Of a DNA stretch of 64,000 bases, positions 55,455 to 64,000 are shown one piece after another. Position 1 is the first letter of the stretch; every line of letters starts with the position of its first letter. The position numbers and the translations under genes are program-made. The notes under the pieces are model-generated. The model did no database searches and was not told the DNA's origin. It saw only the letters and a program-made list of their open reading frames with translations. This stretch comes from Octopus sinensis (taxonomy: Eukaryota). The DNA is taken from positions 28,520,001-28,584,000 of the forward strand of contig NC_043002.1 in assembly GCF_006345805.1 (NCBI RefSeq). The letters run 5' to 3'.

Positions 55455-58096
55455 GATATTGGCAACATGAATGGCAATGGTCAGAGACTACTTGAATTTT
55501 GCACATACCATAACCCGTGCATCACCAACACATTCTTTGCCAACAAGACATCCCACAAGGCATCTTGGAGACATCCAAGATCTCACCACTGGCATCAGCT
55601 GGATCTCACCATTACACGAAGATCCTTTTTGAATTCTGTTCAACTGATCCGTAGTTACTACAGTGCGGATTGTGACACATCATTCACTAATAAGAAGCAG
55701 GGTGAGGATTCTGCCTAAGAAAGTTCATCACTCTCAGAAAATGGGCCGACCACGCATTAACACTGCCAGAACCTCGGACCCTACACTGCGAAAATGATTT
55801 GCTGTTTCTATCAAAGTTGCCCTCAGTAGCTGCCCAACCTCCTCTGCTGAAAGTAGATGGAATTATATCAGAGAAGCTTTGTATACCACATCAATAGATA
55901 TTTTTCGCATGAGAGAAAGGCAAAACCCAGATTAGTTCAGTGCTGGGCTCTCAGAGCTGGAAACAGTTATCAAAGCAAAGCGTGCAGCTCTGATGCAATA
56001 CAAGAGTGATTCTTCTACAAAGTCACTCGAAGAACTCAGAAAGGCAAGAAATAAAACCCAACTGACTGTCAAACGCTGTGCAAATAGGTATTGGCAGGAA
56101 ATCTGTCAGAGTATCCAGTCAGCTGCTGACAGTGGCGACACCCATGGGATGTATGCCGGTTTGAAGAAGGCCCTCGGTCCATCCGCAACCAAGTCAGCCC
56201 CTCTGAAATCAACTACTGGGGATTTCATCAAGGACCAAAGCAAGCAAATGGATAGATGGGTGGAGTACTACCAGAATCTCTACTCAAGGGAGACCACGAT
56301 AGCGGAGGCTGCAATCGAGGGTGTCAAGATTTTGCCAGTCACGTGTGAATTTGACACTCTGCCATCTATAGCAGAGCTCACCAAGGCTATTGACTCCCAA
56401 GCAAGTAAGAAGGCTCCGGGAAAAGACGTCATCCCGTTAGATATCAAAACCGGCAAAAACACAATCCTGCTTCGACACCTTCATGTGCTTCTGTGTTAGT
56501 GCTGGGGTGAGGGTCCAGTCCCTCAGGATATGCGGGATGCTAACATCATTACGCTTTACAAAAACAAAGGTGAACGTGGTGATTGTAACAATTACCGTGG
56601 AATATCTCTTCTAAGCACTGTTGGAAAGGCCTTTGCTTGCGTTATGCTGTCCAGGCTACAACTGCCTGCTTCTCGAATTTATCCAGAATCGCAGTGTGGC
56701 TTTAGAAGAAAGCAGATCAACTACTGACATGATATTCTCCATACGCCAACTTCAGAAGTCCAGAGAGCAGAAAGTGCCATTATATATGGCCTTCATTGAC
56801 CTGACAAAGGCCTTTGACTTGGTAAGTAGAAAAGGCCTCTTCATCCAGCTCCAAAAGATCGGATGTCCAACTAAGCTGCTGAGGATCATCAAATCTTTCC
56901 ATGATCATATGCAAGGCACCATACAGCATAATGGGTCAACATCGGCTGCCTTCCAAATAAAAAACGGGGCAAAGCAAGGTTGTGTCCTTGCTCCTATATT
57001 ATTTGGCATCTTCTCGCTGCTGCTGTCACATGCCTTTCAGACATCAGATGATGGAGTGTTTCTGCGCAGTAGAAGTGACGGGAAACTGTTCAATCTCTCA
57101 CGTCTGTGTGTCAAGACCAAAATCAGAAGCGTCCTGATCAAGGAGGTGCTATTTGCTAATGATGACGCTCTGGTATCACACACAGAAGAAGATCTACAAA
57201 GGCTCAGTAACTGTTTTGAGCAAGCATGTTGCGACTTTGGCTTAGTTATCAGCCTCAAGAAGACCAACATCATGGGTCAGGCTACATCGGACATCCCAAA
57301 CATACATATTGGAGACCACAGACTACAGGAGGTGAAGAAGTTTACCTATCTTAGCTCAACCGTCACCTAAAACCCATCCCTTGATGCTGAGCTCAATATA
57401 CGCATTGGCAAGGCAGCTGCTGTGATGGCACAACTATCCAAACGGGAATGGGACAACAATAAGCTGACCAAGACTACAAAAATGAAGATTTACCAGGCAT
57501 GTGTACTTAGCACTCTACCGTATAAAAGTGAGACTTGGACGCCATACACACGCCCAGAGCGTCGCCTAAATATCTTTCACCTGCGCTACCTCCGGAAAAT
57601 CCTTCGAATCAAATGGCAAAATCACGTGCCCAACAAAGATATCCTCAAGCAAGCAGGAATACCAAGCATATTTGCACATACTCTTCGGAGAGTTAGCTAG
57701 GGGCACTAGGTCTGGGGAAAGACCGTTCTTACGATACAAGGATGTTTGCAAAAGGGACATGAATGCCTGCAACATCAATATTACCAACTGGGAAGCAGTT
57801 GCCAGGAACCGTGGAGATTGGCGACGTACCGTAAAAGAGGGAACACAAAGAGTGACGTAGAGAGAGAGGAGAAATGGAAAGACAAGAAAAGACGTCAACA
57901 AGAAAGTATGACATTACAACCAGCCAGGCAAAGTCTTCGCTACATTTGCAGCGCCTGCTAGAGGGAGTGTTTGTCCAGGATAGGACTACACAACCACAGT
58001 AGGAGATGTATTAGGATATGAAATGTAAAAGCCGGACTAGATTATTTTATGCGCAACTCCATTGTCTCCCGAGACAAAAAGGATGCCAACAACAAT
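55455..58096 (+). mobile_element. 5'-truncated RTE (BovB-like) LINE, pseudogenised: APE C-terminus, RT and C2H2 tail
   Basis: NGQRLLEFC..NTFF..SWRHPRSHHWHQLD, DANIITLYKNKG.R.DCNNYRGISLLS, PESQCGFR, AFIDLTKAFDLVSR, GAKQGCVLAP, LFANDDAL, CSAC*RECLSRIGLHNHSRRC; ends ccattgtctcccgagacaaaaaggatgccaacaacaa. Several stops and frameshifts. Confidence 0.95.
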
Positions 58097-58099
58097 ATA

Positions 58100-58265
58100 T
58101 ATGGATTTCGTAGACAGGAACTGAAACACATCAATCTTATATATGTGTGTGTCTTTGTCTCTGTGTTTCACCCTCATCACTGCTTTACAACTGCTGTTAA
58201 TTTATTTACTTCTGCTTAACTTACTGGTTTCACAAGAACAAACCAATAGAATAAGTACCAGGCTT
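58100..58265 (+). mobile_element. Family-2 SINE, middle/3' part (diverged)
   Basis: tggatttcgtagacaggaactgaaa..gtgtgtctttgtctctgtgttt..aatagaataagtaccaggctta. Confidence 0.65.
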
Positions 58266-58355
58266 ATCAACATAAAAAAGCACTAGGCTGTGTCTCATGT
58301 TTTTGTTTGCCCAATCAGTTGTATCTATCAATTTATCTTTGTATGTGTGTGTATA

Positions 58356-58356
<1 letters not shown>

Positions 58357-58452
<96 letters not shown>
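58357..58452. repeat. (ATCT)n tetranucleotide microsatellite
   Basis: Seen directly. Confidence 0.95.
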
Positions 58453-58454
<2 letters not shown>

Positions 58455-59770
58455 ATAAAACACCCTAATGGGAGCCTTTACTCCCAAATTTTTGTCATTT
58501 CTTTTATGATCCAAAACTAGGTCAAAAGTACTGAATGGATCTTTATGAAATTTGGAAATTATATTCTATGCATAAGAGCCATAACCCCCATGACAATTCA
58601 TATATTTTTGCTGTTGAGGAAATTTTAACCATAGATATTAGACACAAATGAAGTAATATTTATAAAATTTCATCTTCTTGCAAGTTATAAAAACCCCTCC
58701 ATGGGGACTTAACACCCACAATTTTGTCATTTTATCACAGCAAAAACGAATACAGTTGTGCTCTTAGAAGCTGTAGGGTTACCCGAGCATAAAAGTTGAG
58801 CATTATTTCTAATTCAATGGTACAACAGTGTAACAGTTTGCTTTGACATACACTTATATTGTGATTTCTGCAATGTGGTGCATCAATTGTCAAGTAAATG
58901 AGAGGCATCTTTGCCTCCACTGACTCAGTTGCAAAGTTTTGAGTAAAGCTATTTGATTGCAGACCTCCTTTCAGTCTTTTTATTATCACTCGGTCACACA
59001 TAGTCCCCAGATGGTAACATTGATTTCAAGGCCTTCCCAGATGAGTGACTGGTTATTCAAAGACATTTATAGATTGTAAATTTATTCTGTCCAGTTACAT
59101 ATCAGTATAATGTTCATTTGCCAACTCCAACTTTCATTTCTCCTTAGCCCTCACGTCACACAGTTGTTAATGTTTATTTCAGTTGGGTCACGCCCTTTCA
59201 ATTGCTATAGATTCGTAATGCATCTTACGGCTGTGCCTGTCACCTGGATGGTGAGGAATCCTACAATGGGAGTGTTAACGACTAGAGTAGGGTAACTGAC
59301 TGCTTATTGTGATCATTCGTCTTTTGGTTTCCTGTAGCTTTGCTCTCTTTTACAAACCCAGTGAACATATATTTCCTATTTCAAAGAAATTCAAACAATA
59401 GATATAAGACCCAAGTTAAAAAGATTCTCACAATTCAACTTCTCTGGTTGACATTAAGATGCCCACCCCCAACAGGGGCCTTAACTCTCACATTTTAGAG
59501 CTCAATAGCCTTCATTTTTCAGGAGCAAAATCTTTTTAACAGGTTCAATAAGACTGGAATCTTGAAATATGCGCATAAAATTCAGTAGTATGGGATATTT
59601 GTGACACGATTACAATTGGGGGGTGGGGGGTGTAAAGAGGGAAATAGCACTCATCTGCAATTTTGATAAAATTTGAAACATAGATATTCCAGTTCATTAG
59701 AGAAAATATAACAGAAAAGTCTAATTCTTCAACTGTATCTAACACGGGTAACGCCGGGTATCTCTGCTAG
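58450..59770 (+). mobile_element. Non-autonomous Helitron (~1.3 kb)
   Basis: 3' end cacgggtaacgccgggtatctctgCTAG|T has the same design as the 33.6-kb Helitron; probable 5' end A|TCTATATAAAAC emerging from (ATCT)n. The 5' boundary is less certain. Confidence 0.7.
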
Positions 59771-59880
59771 TATACATATATACATCAAAATACACATATG
59801 CATGCACACAAACCACATACAAATACAAGCATATATATGTAAGACATAAATATACGCACAAATACACATATACACATGTA

Positions 59881-60547
<667 letters not shown>

Positions 60548-61540
60548 CATATACAGATGTATATATATATGTACGCAACCACGCTCGCATACGAACATCT
60601 CTTGGTGTATACATATAGAAGTTATAACAGACAAGCTAGATGAGAAGTATATTTTAAACGTAGGGAGGAGGGAAGAAAAAGGAAAGGAAGGATCTTAAAC
60701 GTAACAGTTGGTGAGGGAAACAGGTAAGTAAGGGGAAGAGAAGAGGAACGCATTATTAAATGACACTATACAAGTCACAAATAGGGAGAAAAAGGATATT
60801 TCTCGTAAGGAAAGATAAAAGAGAGATTGATAGGTGGTGGAATAAGTGTAACAAACGTACATAAAATAAAATTACGTATATATGAGTATACAAAAGTGTA
60901 TATTAGCATAAATACACATATAAGATCACATATAAATATATAGAAATATGCACGTAAATACACATCCACATAAATATAAGTGTATACATGCATACATATA
61001 CATCCATGTATGTATGTGCACAAGTATAAACATACGCGCTTACTTACACATATACATAGACGCACACATACAAATACATATGCATGCCAACAATACAGAC
61101 ATCCACATAAAAAGATATCTAGCTCCTGGCGTATATATACAAACAACTTATTTTAAAAATTGCTGAGTGTATAATAATAAAATTCGGATAAATGACATGC
61201 AAAATAGAACACCCTTTATCGAATTATCTATAAATTAAACGATTAAATGGGTTTATAAAATACAATAAAATAAAATAAAAATAGAATCTTAAAAATGAAA
61301 ATAATATATTTTCGAAGGTTTTCTTAAGAAATATGTCGAAATATATACAATATCTTTGCGATGCGAAATAAATCATGTATTATTAGATACGAATCCAACA
61401 GTGTGATTAAAAACTAGTTCAAGAATCAAAAAACATATACTATCCATATTGTATATTTTTAGCCGTCATTTTGAATTTTGTTGCATGTCTGCAGGAATTC
61501 AAGAGTTCGCGTCTTTGAGTCAAAGCGTTATTGTCCTGGA

Positions 61541-62473
61541 TTAAAATATACAATTTTTCCAACAGACATAAATCGCATTTGAGGGATCTTTTATGCGTAC
61601 CGTGTCTTTTAATTCCCAGACATATTTTGCCAGGCTTGTCTTTGTCCTATTTTCGAGGTATCGGAAGGAATTTCTATGAGAATAAAATTGGGTTTTGAAA
61701 GAATTTTCAGAAGCCCCTGTGTAAGTTCTATATTCGTGTGAGCCTTCTATCTGCACTTTGGCTCTATACACGATTCCTTTCTCCAGACATTTTCCTTCCA
61801 ACAGACAGGAGGTCCCACCTTTGCAATTGCAATTTTTAGGAAAAGAATCGGCACTATGATTATTTGCAGTAATCTTATTGTTGTGTTGGTTAATAAAAGA
61901 GACGAAGTTTTTGCAGCAAGAATAGCTGATCTTAAGCGTTCGTCTATTAAATATTCTATAAAACTTATAGTCAGGTTGAAAGTGTCTAACGACTAATTTT
62001 AAGAATTCCCTACCTATATTTGTTTTTACGGCCACATTTGAAAGCTGGGTTAAACCATAAAATCTTCCTGGTCCTAGTTTTACGTGTAGCATTACTGCTA
62101 GCGTTAAGTTGGTTATACTAGATCTCAGAGAATCCACTATTCCTTAATGCGCTATTGTAATAAGGTGCGGCATTTTGGAATGCTGCCTCATCCGAAGAAA
62201 TTGACGATATTCGTCTATCTACATTACTGACAAAGTTCCTAAAAATAACTGGCGGATGATTGGATTCTTTGCTAATATAAGATAGTTTATCATTAGGCTT
62301 AAGGTAAGGTTTGAATTTATTCGACTGTAAATCTAAATTTACATCTCAAAAATCTACACTTTTAAGGTTAGAATCTATCGTAATCCGTAAGCCCATCCTT
62401 TGGAAGAAAGCCATTAGATCCTTCCTAATCTTGTCTAATTTATGGCCATTTAAATTATGGATAACTATAAGGC
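61541..62473 (-). pseudogene. Penelope-like element ORF remnant: RT C-terminus/thumb plus GIY-YIG endonuclease
   Basis: GLRITIDSNLKSVDF*DVNLDL..FKPYLKPNDKLSYISKESNHPP..RRISSISSDE..F..AAPYYNSALRNSG, then KTNIGREFLKLV.RHF..IFNRRTLKISYSC, CNCKGGTSCLLEGKCL..GIVYRAKV..YTGASENSFKTQFYSH..SF..TSLAKYVWELK. Truncated just after the expected DD motif. Confidence 0.92.
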
Positions 62474-63203
62474 CCTTACTTGTTTCCTTCACCAACTGTT
62501 ACGTTTAAGATCCTTCCTTTCCTTTTTCTTTACCCCTCCCTACGTTTAAAAGATACTTCTCATCTAGCTTGCCTGTTATAACTTCTTTATGTATAAACCA
62601 AGAGATGTTCGTATGCGAGCATGATTGCGTACATATATATATATATATACATCTGTATATGTGTATTTGTGCGTATATTTGTCTTACATATATATGCCTG
62701 TATATGTATGTGGTCTGTGTGCATGCGTATGTATATTTTGATCTATATATATAGATGGTCTAGTATGTGTATAAACTGTTCTAAAATATTTATGTAACGC
62801 AGCGTGAAAATTTTAATTTTAATGTGTTAATTGAATTATATTTCGTATATAATTATTTCCAATATATATTTTGAATCCACTCTTCGATTTAAGGTTTTCT
62901 TCGATTTTTATAATAGGATGAATTTATATTCCATTTATTTTGTTTATTTTGTTCATTGCATGGACCAATTGAAAGGACCAATGAAACAAATCCATTTTTA
63001 AAGGTGTATCCTTTAACTAGTTTGGATCATATCGTTGTTTCTGTTCTATTTTAACAAAACTGTCCGACGAGCGAGAACGTGAAACTCTGAGTAACAGCTT
63101 TTGTTATATTTCAGCTGCTTTTAAATGAAGCATATTACTTTACCTCTGGTATTTGAGTACTCTTCTTTCCACCTTGTTTCACATTTATGTGCTTACTCCG
63201 GTA
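62472..63203 (+). mobile_element. Inverted pseudo-LTR segment of the Penelope-like element
   Basis: 62472-62661 is the reverse complement of 60547-60733, and ~62649-62750 of ~59775-59880; carries a hammerhead motif and ends at a TA run. The right boundary is approximate. Confidence 0.75.
63052..63106 (+). ncRNA. Minimal type I hammerhead ribozyme motif with CCGACGA core variant
   Basis: taacaaaactgt-CCGACGA-gcg(agaa)cgt-GAAA-ctc(t)gag-TA-acag(c)ttttgtta: 12-bp stem I with one bulge, 3-bp stem II, near-palindromic stem III, GTA triplet. Confidence 0.75.
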
Positions 63204-63213
63204 TATATATATA

Positions 63214-63450
63214 CCAAAATGACACACGAGTTTCAGTTGCACAAGATCTCCTTGAATGGGTTGAGAACGATGAAAACTTTTTGAAAACTTTGCAGATACC
63301 GCCAAGCTTTTGGCAAAATTTGATGCAGATTCTCTGCTCGACATTCTTCGTCATAGTCAATGCAACGATCACACGCTACACACGTTCCTTCCAAGCACTG
63401 TTGTAAGCAGCAGACGTGAGCTAGAATGTTAAAACTTTGTGCGCAGGCAC
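63214..63450. mobile_element. Rearranged mariner fragments
   Basis: Plus-strand QNDTRVSVAQDLLEWVENDENFLKT (mariner linker before the first D) abuts minus-strand MTKNVEQRICIKFCQKLG (N-terminus, 63353 to ~63300). Confidence 0.75.
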
Positions 63451-63529
63451 AGCAGAGATAAAGATCAATCTTTGCTAAACGGCTTTACTCTCCATGCTTT
63501 AGCTTCGTTACTATGGCAACAAATCCATA

Positions 63530-63570
63530 TACTTATGGATCAGACTTATGGATCAGACTTATGGATCAGA
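63530..63570. repeat. 13-bp tandem repeat (acttatggatcag) x3
   Basis: Seen directly. Confidence 0.9.
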
Positions 63571-63619
63571 CCACATATATGCTTAAATATTCATATTCAT
63601 ATATATATATGTATATATA

Positions 63620-63675
<56 letters not shown>

Positions 63676-63794
63676 CATATATATGTATATATACATATAT
63701 ATGTACATATACATACATATTCATATATACATATATTAATATATAAATACATATATATATATACATATTAATATACATGTATATTAATATATAA

Positions 63795-63839
<45 letters not shown>

Positions 63840-64000
63840 AGCATTATGTATGCAGTTATTTATGCATATATGTGTGTGTGTGTCTGTCTGTGTGCGTGTG
63901 TATATCAAGTGTTGAGCAGACACAACACAACAAAGAGAGAAAGTTAGACGAAAGCAGAACAAACAGGAAACTAGACATATGTGTGTGTGTGTGTATGAGC

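Overview
Eukaryotic, AT-rich and extremely microsatellite-dense DNA, with (AT)n, (TAA)n, (TAG)n, (GT)n, (CT)n and (GGT)n tracts throughout. The repeat content looks like a coleoid cephalopod (Octopus-like) genome; this is inferred from the SINE families. I found no intact host protein-coding gene, and almost all ORFs in the track are translations of microsatellites. The window reads as a gene desert or very large intron. It holds decayed retroelements (CR1-clade LINEs, RTE-BovB-like LINEs, a Dong/R4-like 3' end, a Penelope-like element with RT thumb and GIY-YIG), two tRNA-derived SINE families, mariner fragments, two non-autonomous Helitrons, two hairpin MITEs and an unclassified ~555-bp TAA-flanked repeat. 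The most notable signals are: several minimal type I hammerhead-ribozyme motifs, two sharing a CCGANGA core variant; a nested Penelope inverted-repeat structure at 59.8-63.2 kb; a recurrent exact SINE-SINE junction; and short unique islands rich in Sox/Fox/E-box/POU/CTCF-like motifs.
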